This document shows, in pieces, positions 12,803-26,949 of a DNA stretch of 64,000 nt (position 1 is its first letter; every line of letters begins with the position of its first letter). The stretch spans positions 32,612,001-32,676,000 of the forward strand of contig NC_043002.1 in NCBI RefSeq assembly GCF_006345805.1, in the 5' to 3' direction. The translations under genes were made by a program, and so were the position numbers. The notes below the pieces were generated by a model, which worked only from the letters and a program-made list of their open reading frames with translations, did no database searches and was not told where the DNA came from. The DNA comes from Octopus sinensis. Its lineage: Eukaryota.

Positions 12803-13700
12803 TAGGAGGTGCATTCGAAAATATTCGACTTAATTTTTGCACCATCACGTAGGCAAAATCATTTGGGTGAAGAGTAATACTGCTCTTCCAGCGCACAGGC
12901 GAAAACTTTCGCACCGGTAGGGCGCGTCAATGTCCGGCTATTACATTTAGAGCACAGATCTCTAGTGCGCGCTCGCTAAATTTTCCATTTTCATGCAAGC
13001 TGACCAAACGTATTGAGCAGCGGCCGTAAATCCATGTCTCGTTATCAGCGATAATGGTCTTTATTAATTATTAATTCTGGGTTGTAGACTGCAAAGCTCA
13101 GTATGATCTAAGCAATATCTATGTGGAATTGCTTCTGCTGCTTCGCTAGAACCTTGTGGGGTAAATTTCACCGACACTCTCTCCATGCACAAATCCTCCG
13201 TCGAAACGAAATGTATTGATTTAGTGCTTATTCCCACTTCATGAACAATTCCCTGGATTGTTACACTACGGCCTTTCATGACTTTGCGTCAAACCTTCTC
13301 AATCGACTCCTCGTTACGACTTGTAGATGGCGTTCCTGACCGTATCTCGCTCTCCACTGAGATGTGGCCATGTGTGAGGTGGTTGTACCACTCCTTGACT
13401 TGAGTTCTGCCCATGGAACCACCGCGAAATGCCTACCGAACCTTCTGGATGGTTTCAACTTGAATATCGCCTAGGTTTTTGCAAAACTTAATGCGTTCGG
13501 TGAAAGCGAATATCTGACGAGCCCGCACAACCATTTGTAGTGTAGGCGCAACAGCCGGCAACTGACAGTCTATCGACACGAAAATTTCCTTGCACGCGCA
13601 GGAAGGATTATGTCACCTTCCATCCAAAGGATTTGGGCCTCACAGCATTAAATTTTGTAGGCAAAATTGAAGTCGGAATTTTTAAACACACGTCGTTCAT
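12803..13700 (-). mobile_element. Decayed mariner-like DNA transposon (N-terminal HTH region, internally deleted)
   Basis: Frameshifted ETIQKV..AF....MGRTQVKEWYNH...G..SVESE.RSG.PSTSRNEE and RSVTIQGIVHEVGIS; imperfect TIRs (ggaggtgcattcgaaaatattcgacttaatttttgc / gcaaaattgaagtcggaatttttaaacacacgtcg). Confidence 0.8.
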
Positions 13701-13994
13701 ACATACATACATACATACATACATACATACATACATACATACATACATACACACATGTATGTCTGTTTGTCTGTTTTCATATGTGTACATGAATAGATGC
13801 ATACACAGACGATAATAAAGCATTTAGAGGGAAACATTGTTACCATCACAGCTATGCGTTAATTCTGCTTTTGTCATTTTCCCTAATTGAAATACGACGT
13901 ATTTCGGTGAATAATATGAAACCTCGGTTCTTATTTAAAAAGACATAACCAAAGAAAGATTAGACGTTATAACCTGTGATCATAATATGTTTAC

Positions 13995-14029
13995 GCAATC
14001 GAAAATCTTGGTTGTATTGACATAATCGC
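13995..14029 (-). CDS. Mucin-like gene exon 3 (35 nt, phase 1-0): (G)DYVNTTKIFDC
   Basis: Acceptor attttgcAG, donor C|GTaaac; 282-nt intron from exon 2; phase bridges exons 2 and 4. Confidence 0.55.
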
Positions 14030-14311
14030 CTGCAAAATCTCTTCATATCCTACTTGAATAGTTCAATAGTTACGTCATGAATGTAGCCATGCTAGAAATT
14101 AAGAACAAAGTATTTTGATAGTCATCTTCAATCTAACGGCTATTGAAATTATCAAAAGTAAATCTTGCAGGCTTTCTAGTACAGCCCTTCGCTGTTTCTA
14201 CCAGTCTATCTTGTTCAATGAATTGTTGTTTCGCAGGCAAATATAGCTAAACATTCGTGATAGAACGCGATGCACATCTTGAAACAAGGATAGATAATAT
14301 TAATAACTTAC

Positions 14312-14361
14312 CTGTTATCTGTAAGGCGATGAGAATTATGCAAGTAAGTCTTATTTGGGAT
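14312..14361 (-). CDS. Mucin-like gene exon 2 (50 nt, phase 2-1), signal-peptide core SQIRLTCIILIALQIT
   Basis: Acceptor ctttaattattttAG, consensus donor CAG|GTAAGT, hydrophobic reading. Confidence 0.7.
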
Positions 14362-14447
14362 CTAAAATAATTAAAGAATAAATGCATGTTATTTGGAGAA
14401 AATGATATCAGGATATAAATTTATTTTAAATGGAAAATTATTCTTTT

Positions 14448-14572
14448 CTACTCTAGACACAAGGCCCGAAATTTTGGGGGAGGAGGCCAGTATGCAATTT
14501 ATTGATCCCGAAAGGATGAAAGTCAAAGTTGACCTCGGTGGAATTTGAACACAGAACGTAAATAAATGGAAA
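14448..14572 (-). mobile_element. Partial SINE (family A)
   Basis: ctctagacacaaggcccgaaattttggggg...gaaaggatgaaagtcaaagttgacctcgg; reverse complement of the 32290 copy. Confidence 0.75.
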
Positions 14573-15403
14573 TATATGACCGCATTCCCGTTTTCTCATC
14601 TAATGAGACTTTCTCCGTGATAGTTCATTGTATCAAAGAATATTGTGAAGAAAACTAAGGTCAAACAAGTAATTTTTATCCGACAATTCAAAACAAATCA
14701 GCCATCTCCTCAGAAACACTAAGATTTCTATCAACTTACAAAAGAAATTCAGACAAAACATTTCTGAAATTTATCTCAACCAATACAATATAGAAAACAC
14801 CGCTTCTTCAATATTTCAACAACATATGGTTTTACTGTCTCACACGCGGACACACACATCCATTCATATACACGTACACCTTACACATTCTCCTCTCTTT
14901 TACTTTCTTCTCTCACGTCAAAGCAAATGTCGCCTTTTCACTTTATCCTCTCCTTCAATTTCTGCTCTCTTCAAAGCATACAGAAATTAAAACAATCTTA
15001 CAGAAATTAACGAAGAATAAAAATTATCCTATATATATCGAGTTGACATTTTTCCTTCAAAAACGAACGAATGCCATAAAATAAGTTCCTTTACCCATCA
15101 CCTCACAACTTTCAAAAAGTTACATACTCCCAATGTTTCACTTTCAGCTTTTTGGTAAGTGGGGAAGTTTCTTCAGAAATAATGTCGTTTAACTGTTGTT
15201 TCTAGCATGTCGGGTTTTCTGGTAGTAGTCTGGTATTTTTTAAGTTTACTATTTCAGACAAAAGTGAAAGATTGGGATATTTTAGCTTTTTGGAAGCTGG
15301 TAGATGATGGGTGAGCAAAGTGGGGAGAGGGGCATTGAGTGTTTCTCTCGGAAGAATTAAACTATAACACACACACACACACCACACACACACACACACA
15401 CAT

Positions 15404-15477
<74 letters not shown>

Positions 15478-16422
15478 CCCAGGTACGTAATCTCTGTATT
15501 TTTCTACGTAGATAACAAAAATTGAGAAAAAAAATTACAAATTAAGAAATTGCGGTGGGTATAGAGGGAAATTAAAATTTTGAAAACATGAATTCTGGAC
15601 AAATTCGTATTAATCTCCTTGTATACAATGAACCAATACATAGTTTCTGAAGAACAGAAAGCACTTTCATGCAAACCCATGCAAATTGTACCCTCGCGTT
15701 TCACTATTAAACAAACAATAACTTTCATTATTTCATTAACTATATATCAGCTGTGCCGATTCTGCAATAGTCTAGGGTTCAAAGGCCCACAGTTCTTTAA
15801 TGACCTCCCACAAAAAGTGCATAGTTTATTTTATTGTTTACTTGCTTCAGCCATGTGACTGCGGCCATGCTGGAGCACCGCCTTTCAAAATCTACTACAC
15901 AGCCGCAGCCCTTCGCCGGCAATAAAAAAAGCCAACTTTTAAAAACCGAATATTATCCAAAAACTTACAATATCAAAGGGAAATGGAAATTAATTAAAAT
16001 TTGTATTTCCAGTGGCCTAACGAATAAAAATTTAGTACAAAGACTGCGGCTGCGTAGTAGATTTTGAAAAAATCAGGATGTATAAACAAGAGGCACAAAG
16101 TCTGATCGCCTCGTGTTTATATATTTAACCCAAGGTGTTCCTGCTGAGGACGATTTCACCTAGCGAGTATATGATATTTTACTTGGTAAACTAAAATCAG
16201 AAACCAATTGTTCCAGGAAACTAGATGGTAAAATGTTTTTATTTTTTCATTTCGTTCCTGTCGAATTTTATCCTTAATTTTGTGATTATGGAACCTAGCT
16301 GGTCTTTCTAACGAGTTGAATCCCACGATTGGATTCCTCATGTGTTTAAATGTACATTGTATTTTATATATATATATACATGTATGTATGTATGTATGTA
16401 TGTATGTATGTATGTATGTATG

Positions 16423-16453
<31 letters not shown>

Positions 16454-16803
16454 GTATGTATATATATATGTATATATATGTATACATATATAGTTAATCC
16501 AAACATGAAAACACAAAGAGAAAACACAACGTGAGGACGTGGAACGAGTATATTATTATTGGACGCTCAGGAAAGAAGGAAGGAAGGAGGGTTTCGAGCG
16601 AAACTCTTCGTTAGAAACATAGGAAAAGGAAAGATCCAAAGAAGGGAAGACGAAGGGGAAAAAATCTCCAACGGTACACACGCGGACACATTTTGGTGGG
16701 ATTTCTTTCTTTTGGTCACCCCAAGTTTATATTAGAAGACAATTGCCCAAGCTGTCACGCAGGGGGACTGAGCCCGGAATTATATATTTGGCATCAATAT
16801 ATA

Positions 16804-17170
16804 TATAAGTAAATAAATGGAGTTGAACGCAGATGTTATTCAAATTCTTTTACTTTTGATATATGTTTAGAAAAAACATTGGTTTTATTCCAAAGGAATA
16901 AGCGGTGTAAAATAATGTAATCTTCTCATCAGGAAAGAAAGAGAACCTATCTCAACAGCAAGATATCATAACAATTTTGATAGCTGCATAAATGATAAAC
17001 AGAAAGCTTACTCTTTCACCACAACTTTCCCTCACTCTTTCTTCTGTTGGCCTGCTCGCTTAGCCAGCGGGGTGGCGTCATTTGAAGGCGAAAACAATGC
17101 GAAGTGCATTGTGATCAGCGATGTCTAGCAATACCTGATAGCCTAGTCGGTCACGGTGCTGATATATATA

Positions 17171-17218
<48 letters not shown>

Positions 17219-17429
17219 TTTATTTAAAGCAGCAGAATATTCAACAAAACCTGTTACTCTGAGTTTCACGTTCCCGTTCGTCTGACAGTTTTTGCTAGAA
17301 AACGGGAACGGAAACTCAGAGTAACATGTTTTGTTGAATTTTCTGCTGCTTTAAATAAAGCATATTACTCTACCACTGGTATTTGAGTACTCTTTTTTCC
17401 ACCTTGTTTCATATTTATGTGTTTACTCC

Positions 17430-17476
<47 letters not shown>

Positions 17477-17667
17477 TCTTTTACTCATCACAATTGTTAT
17501 AATGCCTTGTTGTTGAGATAGGTTCTCTTTCCTTCCTGATGAGAAGATTACATTATTTTACACCGTTTATACCCTTGGAATAAAACTAATGTTGTCTTTG
17601 AAACATATGTCGAAAGTAAAAGAAAATTTGAATAACATCTGCGTTCAACTCCATTTATTTACTTATA
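16804..17667. repeat. ~177-bp inverted repeat pair (16804-16980 / 17488-17667) carrying a hammerhead-like motif
   Basis: The arms are reverse complements with scattered substitutions. The right arm has CTGATGA (17536) gaaga...tcttt GAAAC atat GTC (17611) gaaag. Confidence 0.8.
17218..17433. mobile_element. Palindromic Penelope-derived-like element built from two inverted hammerhead relics
   Basis: Arms 17218-17280 / ~17300-17360. The unique tail (aaagcatattactctaccactgg...actccggtat) recurs at ~55825-55917. Confidence 0.6.
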
Positions 17668-17815
17668 CTATACAAATTACTGTACATTAATCCGGAGTTT
17701 CTACCTTTGAATAGGTCGTTACACCCTTGTTACATGCGTGAATTTTGCTACCCTAGTAACTGTTTATTGAATTTTCCATATTAGCGGTAAACAAAGGATA
17801 ATTCATTCATCCATT

Positions 17816-17878
<63 letters not shown>

Positions 17879-18096
17879 ATATATACATATATACATAAAT
17901 GTATAAATACATATATACCTAAATGGATATTATATTATATATATATAAATATATTTATATTTGTAATATATATATGTCTATATATATATATATATTCTTC
18001 CATTTTCCTGAGCGCCTAATAATAATAATACTGTAATTGTTCCACGTGTTGTTGTTTTTTCTGTTTTCCCGTTTGGATTAACCTTATATATATATA

Positions 18097-18144
<48 letters not shown>

Positions 18145-18297
18145 TATATATACATATGTGTGTGTGCGTGTGTTTATGTATATATACTATATATACATAC
18201 ACAAACATGCGCTAACAAGCATACTTAAACACCAACTTCACCCTTCAAATCTCCGAGACACTACATTGAAGTAAACTAATTAAAAATCTATACGTAC

Positions 18298-18302
18298 CTC
18301 AT
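18298..18302 (-). CDS. Mucin-like gene exon 1 coding part (ATG AG)
   Basis: gcaaaaaaATGAG|GTacgt; A-rich start context; in-frame TAA upstream. Splicing to exon 2 gives MRSQIRLTCIILIALQITG. Confidence 0.6.
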
Positions 18303-18757
18303 TTTTTTGCCGGACAATCCAGGTAAAGGTGTATTTTTCTTTTCTTTCTTTTTACGTTACAAACTCTCATGCAATTAAATTCCAATTTTCATCCACTTAG
18401 TTTTGTTGTTTCCTTTTCTTAAATCTCCATTTTCTTAGAGAGAGAGAGAGACGAATGTGTAGTCTTCACCTTCATAACCAACGTGAAATAACCCGGTAGC
18501 TAAATAAAATTGCCTGACGCAAGTGTGAATTTAGATACGGTTTCAAATGTCTGTTGTCAGCAATCACTGTATCATCTTTCAAAGTTCGATAGAATCAACG
18601 AAGCGTTAAGAATGATATTAGAAAAGAAACTTCCTAATATTCTCTATTAGCTATATATTATAATTTGTGTGCATATTTGATCTGCAAATATATGAGTCTA
18701 TTAACTCAACTTCTTTTCTCACAGCCTTACAGTTTTATCGCTCGTTACTCCTTATAT

Positions 18758-18895
18758 ACAAAGTTTCCGTCTCACAAGGCTTTGGTGGTCCGAAGCTGTA
18801 GTAGAAGACACTTGCCCAAGGTGTCACACAGTAAGACTGAACCCGAAACCATGTGGTTGGTAAGCAAGATACTTACTAAACAACCGCTCCTACGC
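18758..18895 (-). mobile_element. Partial SINE (family B, 5' part)
   Basis: Reverse complement of the head of the 23352 copy (agtagaagacacttgcccaaggtg...accatgtggttggtaagcaag). Confidence 0.75.
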
Positions 18896-19844
18896 CTACA
18901 TATATATATATCAATAGGTTGAAATAATCGTCTAAGGGATAAAAAAATATCCATTATACTACCGGTATATCACTTATGTTTAACCACGGGCAAACATATG
19001 CAAGTGTATTATGCTCATATATTATAGGTAACGACAAGGATAAACATGAGCTTATCAGGAATCAAAATTTAAAAAACACAGAAAATGGACCAATATTGAT
19101 CAACAGCAATTGACTTAATTACTGCTATTAATTCATGTGCACATAATATATATATATATATATATATAATATATATATATGATATATATAATATATATAT
19201 AAATATATGGTATGTATGTGTGTCTGTGTGTCTGTGAACATTGCAACTTGTCTGCTCCAGTAAAACTTGTGCGTTTGGCATTCTGTTGTCATGTCGTTTA
19301 TTCCACTCCGTTCTGGAATTACCTCGTTTCGGACATACCCTCGCAACGATATTCCGGGCATGAATCTTACCATGGTCATTTGCGAATCAGTGTTCTTCCA
19401 TCTTCGTAGTAGCCCATGTCACATTTGAGTTTGAGAGCGCAAGTAGGGCGGCACGTATGGTCTTATCCAGCCTTGCTTTGAAAATAGCTTTTATTGACTT
19501 AAATTCTTTCTATAATTATAGTTATTCGTGTAGTCAATCATGGACTAAGTTCATTGAGTTTATGACTTAAAGGTACCAATGCCTGAATGGTACAAGGCAA
19601 TTAAACAACACATATATTCTTCATGAGAGAGAGACAGACAGACAGAAAGAAAGAGAACAGTTAGAACTAAGTTACCTGCTTCTGCTTTTTCATCAATCAT
19701 AGCGTAATAAAAACCCCCAAAAAACGGCCTATATACAAAAATGATACACCCTTTGCTACATGTAAAAATGGAGCAGTACACTGGCTTCGTTTCTGCATTT
19801 AAGATAACCTTGAGCACGTGCTCAATTAAAGCCCCAGATTTATG

Positions 19845-20762
19845 CTTCATAAAGTTTCCGGACTCGTTCTGTAACGCGCCAACAGATGGCAGTACACGTT
19901 TGCGTACGCAGTAAGACCCAGTAGTGATCTTAATGAAACAGTGTGCCGAGTGGTGTCGCTGTGTTTACTTTGCAAGTTATAAAATTGGTGTTTTGGGCGC
20001 TTTATAATCTGCGAGTTGTGTTAAAGACAGGAAGTTGGAAGAAAGAGTCAACGTGAAATTTTGTGTTAAATTTGGGAAGTCTGCTACAGCAACACTGAGC
20101 ATACGTCGGCAAGCTTACGGCGACGAGGCGATGTGCCCTACGGAAATTTTTGGAGTATCATGGCTGTTTCAAAAGGCACAACAGAGCCGTGGATCAATGA
20201 AGAACATGAAGAACATGGTCATCATTTCATTTTCTTTTGACATCCGTGGTATTGTGCGTCGAAAATTCGTCCCCCAAAGTCAGACCGTTAGTCTAGAATT
20301 CTTCTGTGTCGCTTTGAAGCGTTTGGGGGAGGGCATATGGCGAAAGCAACCGAATCTATGGAGCGTGGAGAATTGGATTTTTCACGATAACAATGCACCC
20401 TATCACCAAGCTCTCTTCACTCGTGAGTTTCTCGTAAGAAACAACCTGGTATTGCTTCCGCACCCACCCTATTTGCCAGTTTTAGCACCTGCGGGTTTCC
20501 ATCGCCTTCCTAATATGAAAATGCAGGTCAAAGGTCTCCGTTTTAACACTGATGTTGAGACTCAGATCGAATCGCAGAAGGTTTTCGATTCGCTTAACGA
20601 CAACGACTCCCAGGCCGGATTCCGAAAGCGGTGGAACGTTGGGATGGATGTATTGGTGCGCAAGGTCACTATTTCGAAGGAGATGATGCTAAACGTTAGG
20701 TAAATAAGTTATTTTTTTATTGAGTATAACAACTCCGGGACCATTTTGATACCAAGTCGTAA
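19845..20762 (+). mobile_element. Internally deleted mariner transposase relic
   Basis: ORF 20035-20703: ERVNVKFCVKFGKSATAT...QAYGDEAM (HTH), FHDNNAPYH, PHPPYLPVLAPAGF (degenerate YSPDLAPxDF); weak TIR similarity. Confidence 0.88.
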
Positions 20763-22817
20763 ATACATTTAAAAAAATATTTAGAAAATAGCCGTCGTGA
20801 AAAATCGTCAAATTATTTTATGTGTTATTTTTTTATATAAACTCGATTCGAATGTACCTACATAACCAGCAATTTTGAAGGGATGGGTCAAGTTGATTAG
20901 ACTAACACCAACAGTTGACTGTGGCTATAATTTAACGATCCGAATAGATAAAAAGTTATACTGATCTTAGTAAGATTTTAACTAACAACGTAGTCATTAC
21001 TACACAGCTCAGCCAATATGTTCCATGCGCTAACGATTCTGCCGATCCACTGTTTTATTCAGTCACATAGCACTGCATCTTGATGGTGTTTATAACCACT
21101 GATCCAAGCTTTGTGTATGAAATTCTTGGAAAATGTATTTATTCTTGGTCGATCGATGTAATTACTTCTCATTTTAATATCCCTAATTGAGAATTGGGTA
21201 CCTCCAAAGGAGTCACTGTTTTGACAGTATTCTGTCTGCAGGTGAGTTTCAGCCATAGCTTATTCCTTGTTTTCTGCAACAAGTCTGGAAATCGCTGACA
21301 GCACTCGTCTCCACTAACCATACCCTAAAAATACTCTCTTGTACTTTATAATGGAAAGCAAGCTACTTCATAGTCTAAAACACAAGTATGAAAGTGGATT
21401 ACAGAAGTAAGAAGAGAGAAATCGTAGTTTATGACATCGATCACAGACATGTCGAACTTCATGACCACCGTCACAGAAGTATCAAAAGTAAAGTAATTTA
21501 TGATATCGATAAGAGATGTGTGAAAGGGCTAAGTTGTACATTACGACCCCAATTACGAGAATGAGAAACTGTAAGTCATAGTTTATGATATAGATAACTG
21601 GGGAAATAAATATTCCTTCACAACAATGATCATTAAATTATGAAGTAGAAAGTCTAGGCACAGGCTTTATTCTCCGAAAGGAAAATAAGGATGTAGTATA
21701 AAGATTTGTTCAAGATTTACTATCTTTACAAACGTGATTTGTTTAAGCTTTACAAAATTAGTTCAAGCAGTCGTAGCAGTTGGGTTATTACGTTGTAGCT
21801 ATTTTTTTTCCCCTTTCGTTCTATACTTAAGATCGTTTACTTGTAAAGATAAAAAGATATATATAACTCTTCAAAATAGAAGTGACGTAAGTCACGGCAC
21901 GACGAAAGAAGTATGAAAGGAGATATCAAGGGAAAATATATACTACCAGTGAAAACTATCTTATTTAGGTTTTTTTTTTACTCACCTGTCTACTCATTGG
22001 AAATTAAACCCGGATCTTGCAGTGAGTGCTTGATCTCGCAAATAATTTATTTACAGGAACGCTACTTCTCTTTTGGGATTAAATATCATAAGCCTCACAC
22101 CTTTATCTAATCTAAAAATGGAGTTTCCAGTTCAATCTCAGCATGTGTCTTTTCTATTACGCGATTTATATTATAGCTTCGGGTCTACCCAAGCTCTCTA
22201 GTGTAAAATGGGTTTTCCCCATAACAGACATTGGTTTTAAGGAACACAAAAGGATAATACATTGGATTATGTAAATTTAGAAACCCGACCAAGGTAGAAT
22301 AGTCACTGCAAGATCATTTGTTGTTATAGGTCGACTCGTGTAGTGAACTAAATATATTTTTCTCGAATGTATCATCATGTCAACAACTTGATATTTTGAA
22401 TACTCTATAATATAGTCTTATTCTTTTACGTTAGACCTTTATCACTTCAGATCAGGAAGAGGTCTGATGTACTTGAATTCCCTTACATTTCTTAAAAGCC
22501 TTTGCATGTATGTACACATAACACACACTAAAAAGTTCCTGGCTTTGAGTAAAAGAAACTACAGAAGAGTCAGTTAATTATTTGTGATGATCTCTTCACA
22601 CTCAAATATACTAAAGGGATTTTACAGCCAAATAAATTTAAGGACCTGTATTCATAGCAATAATTTTTGCACTATATTTATGTTGAATGTCTAATTATAT
22701 AACCATATTTTTATTAATATATGTGCGCATAAGTGTATGCATTGATATAAAAATGTATACATATATATACATACATTCATATAGATACACACACAGACGC
22801 ACACATAAATACATATA

Positions 22818-23214
<397 letters not shown>

Positions 23215-23351
23215 ATTTATATACAATATATATATTGAACTTTTAATGATTATATTTACATGCCGAAATCTACCAGTAAATAATTGTGGGCTTTTTAAAA
23301 AACCATTAAAGATATTAATTACTCTTATTATATTATATAATATAATAAGCC

Positions 23352-23765
23352 ACAGGAGTGGCTGTGTGGTAAGTAGCTTGCCTACCAACCACATGGTTCC
23401 GGGTTCAGTCCCACTGCGTGGCACCTTGGGCAAGTGTCTTCTACTATAGCCTCGGGCCGACCAAAGCCTTGTGAGTGGATTTGGTAGACGGAAACTGAAA
23501 GAAGCCCGTCGTATATATGTATATATATATATATTTGTATGTGTGTGCGTGTATGTTTGTGTGTCTGTCCCCCTAGCACTGCTTGACAACCGATGCTGGT
23601 GTGTTTATGTCCCCGTCACTTAGCGGTTCGGCAAAAAGAGACCGATAGAATAAGTACTGGGCTTACAAAGAATAAGTCCCGGGGTCAAGTTGCTCGACTA
23701 AAGGCGGTGCTCCAGCATGGCCGCAGTCAAATGACTGAAACAAGTAAAAGAGAGTAAAAGAGAGA
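23352..23765 (+). mobile_element. Near full-length tRNA-derived SINE (family B)
   Basis: Head ggagtggctgtgtggtaag...gggttcagtccc (A/B boxes), internal microsatellite, 3' ggcggtgctccagcatggccgcagtcaaatgactgaaacaagtaaaagag tail. Confidence 0.9.
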
Positions 23766-23996
23766 GTATACAATTATGGTATATTCTGTTAAGTACGTAG
23801 TAGAGCTCGTCCATCTTCAGATTTAACCTGTGTTATCCAGTAGTAATATTACACGTACTTTCAGATTTGCGTTTGGGCATATGCCGTGTGTGGATAGATA
23901 ATTGAAAAAATTGGAGTTAACAAGAAAAAAATAGTCAACCGTAACCCTATTTTTAAAATTTTATATTTACACACACACACACATGCATATATATAT

Positions 23997-24049
<53 letters not shown>

Positions 24050-24315
24050 CATGAGAGAAGAAAGAGATGGACGCTTCAATTCTATGCTGTTGCCGCATTA
24101 TGTCGTACGCGAATGAGAGGATTTGCATCCCCAACCAAGAATTTTTGATGTAACACATGTCCTTGTGGAAGCTGTTGTGCGCGGCTGAAGAAGGCCACAG
24201 ACATACATTATGCATTGTTATAAATCTGTCTAATAAAGGCCCGAAACATATGTACCGCTGAATCCTTGGCATCATGTTTTTATTTTGATCAATATATATA
24301 TATATATGTATATGT

Positions 24316-24365
<50 letters not shown>

Positions 24366-24981
24366 CTATACACACACACATATATATATATCTTTGAATA
24401 TATTGAGCCTGAAAGATGGCTTTAAGGTACAGCGCGCATGTTTTATAAGTATCATAATAGCATGAAACTAATTAGAAGCGCTTTCGGTTGTGTGTTTAAG
24501 TTGATATGAATATGTGTGTGAGTGAGTGTGCGTGTGTGTGTATGTGTACCTGCGTGTGTGTAATGAAATAAGAAAATAGAGATTATTAAATGAATAAATA
24601 TTTACACATTATAAAATTGGTCATCATCCCTGACAGATGTTTCGAGTCAATATTTCAGAAATTAATTCGTATAATTACAAACATTTTAAAGTGGAATCTG
24701 ATCGGAGGTGGCAAAAGATGTACAATTACATATTCATATTGTAGTGTGTTGAGTGTACGGACCAAATCCGCTAACAGTTAGATGATTAACTGCGTACACT
24801 CAACACACTACAATAAGAATATACAATTGTATATATTCTGTCCCCTCCGATGAGATCCAACCATAAAATGTATTTTATTGTACTAATTGATATCTCAGTT
24901 ATTTTGAATCGAAACAGCTGTCAATGATGATGTCCAATTTTGTAATGAATTAATAATTATTAATTTAATCATGTCTACTTT

Positions 24982-25053
<72 letters not shown>

Positions 25054-25369
25054 GGCTTATCTAATTACCTTACAGTTGAATATGAAATGTATTATATTGA
25101 TTATCCTTTGTAATAGGTAATAACCCAGTATATTCATTGGATTTTATTCTACCTTAATAAGGTTTTTAACCTCTGTTTGAAGATATAAATATATATAATG
25201 AATTTCTGCGAATCGATTTTGATCAAACTTTTCCCACCTGGTTTGCACACTATGTTAGCACCATTGTTATGTTTTCATATTCTGTGTAACATTCTTTCTC
25301 TTTTATTTCAAATTCTTCAGTTTTTTGGGATAACCATGCTAATAGCGTCTCTCCTCCCTAACAACAATT

Positions 25370-26330
25370 AGCCGTGGAAAATGACTTAAAAGTCTGTCAT
25401 CGTGAAGAAAAGTGCTAAAGGCTCCACTCTTCATGTTACTCTTCATGTCTCTCTTCATGACACAGTTAGACGATTCCTGAAGGACCCTTCATCAAGGCAG
25501 AAATGATCCGATTGGGGCACCTCCAAGGCTGATGGTGTAAGGATTATTGACAGTAAGTTACGTGGGAATCTTGGACAAGAAAGCAAAACCATTTTCATCG
25601 CCTTTGGGCTATCTCACGTACCCAAAAACCACCAGAAATCGTATGCCCGAGACCATGGCATCCGTGCGAGAACTTATGAAACTGCCTCCTTTAAGTCTCT
25701 CGCACAAGAGTTCGATGCTTCAATGCGCCCAATATATATGACGATAGACATGAGCCGTGTTTTGTTCACTGGCGAAATCAGGGCGACTCTTCATGTACCT
25801 ATTTTGGAGATGAGTGTCACCAATGTTTGTGACGTCAAAAACCGGGCGGAGTGTCGTGTTGCGGGCTGGTATCATTGGGGACAGATTTGTTGGCCCAATC
25901 ACAGTGCTTGAAAGTATTAAAGTGACCACAACTGCCTACTGCAATCGCTTGAAATAAGTCTTGGATCCCTGCATAGTTGACATACCGCTGTCACTTCTAA
26001 ATAATCTAGTATCCATACATGACAACGCTCCCTCCTACTCATTACTAGGGTCATACGGCATACAATGTGAAAGGTTGATGTGTAGCCGCCAGCATCACCG
26101 AATCGCAACCCTATCGAAAATCTTTCGTCCATCGTTAAACAAGATTTTTATGCCGATAGATTGACAATCAAGGCTGCAGCAGACACAGTCTAACCTCCTA
26201 ATATTAAGAAATTGACAGATTCCATGACCAATTGGGTTTTTGAGGTTTTCTGTCGAAATGACTCTCTTGTAGCTAAATAAATCATTACTTCAAGAATGTT
26301 ATGATATCATTATGGTTTTCTGTTAAATAT
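25370..26330 (+). mobile_element. Decayed Tc1-like DDE transposase
   Basis: VLFTGEIRATL (first D region), AGIIGDRFVGP, IHDNAPSY, PPASPNRNPIEN (SPDLNPIEN motif); multiple frameshifts. Confidence 0.82.
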
Positions 26331-26949
26331 ATATTCTATGTATGCTTACTATGTATCATTACTCTTCATTTCCTGAAAACAAATGTCTAGATGGGCTATT
26401 TACATTCAAAATCTTTAGCGTGGTTCACCCAAACACTGAAGAATACGAAATAAAAAGAAAGGACATTACACATAATTAAGATATAATAATGGTGTTGCTA
26501 TAGTAAGCAAACCAGCTAGGAAAGGTTTTATCAAAATCGATTCACAGAAAGACGAGAAATCCTAAATTTCACTCCCAAGATAGTAAACATGGTTTACTAA
26601 ATAAGGTGTGAATAGGCTTATTGTGTAAATGTCTTCTACTATTGACTAAGGCCAACCAAAAGCCTTGGTGCTCGCTTGATATTTAGTCGATTGCTATCAT
26701 TTATCAGTGGTTTTTCCCAAAGTTTTGATGAACAATTTTCTATCTGTGGGTATTTTTGATGACAAAGTATGCTAGTTTTTATAACATGCATTCTTTTGTA
26801 TTATGACAGGAAATATATTTCTCCTGTTCTAGCAACCGAGATTAAGCCATAGATATCATTTACTATCTTACAAGTATTATTTGCAATGACGTAAATTACA
26901 TGCAACACGACTACCAAGAGTTAAATGTATGCTAAAAATGACAACATAG

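Noticed and set aside
21059-21325. Minus readings resembling C-type lectin (YCQ...WIS) or DB module (DFQTCCRKQGIS)
   Set aside because: Motifs incomplete, in different frames, interrupted by stops, without consistent splice sites.
23352-23430. tRNA gene-like A/B boxes (also 7132 and 63178)
   Set aside because: SINE heads followed by SINE bodies; no complete cloverleaf.
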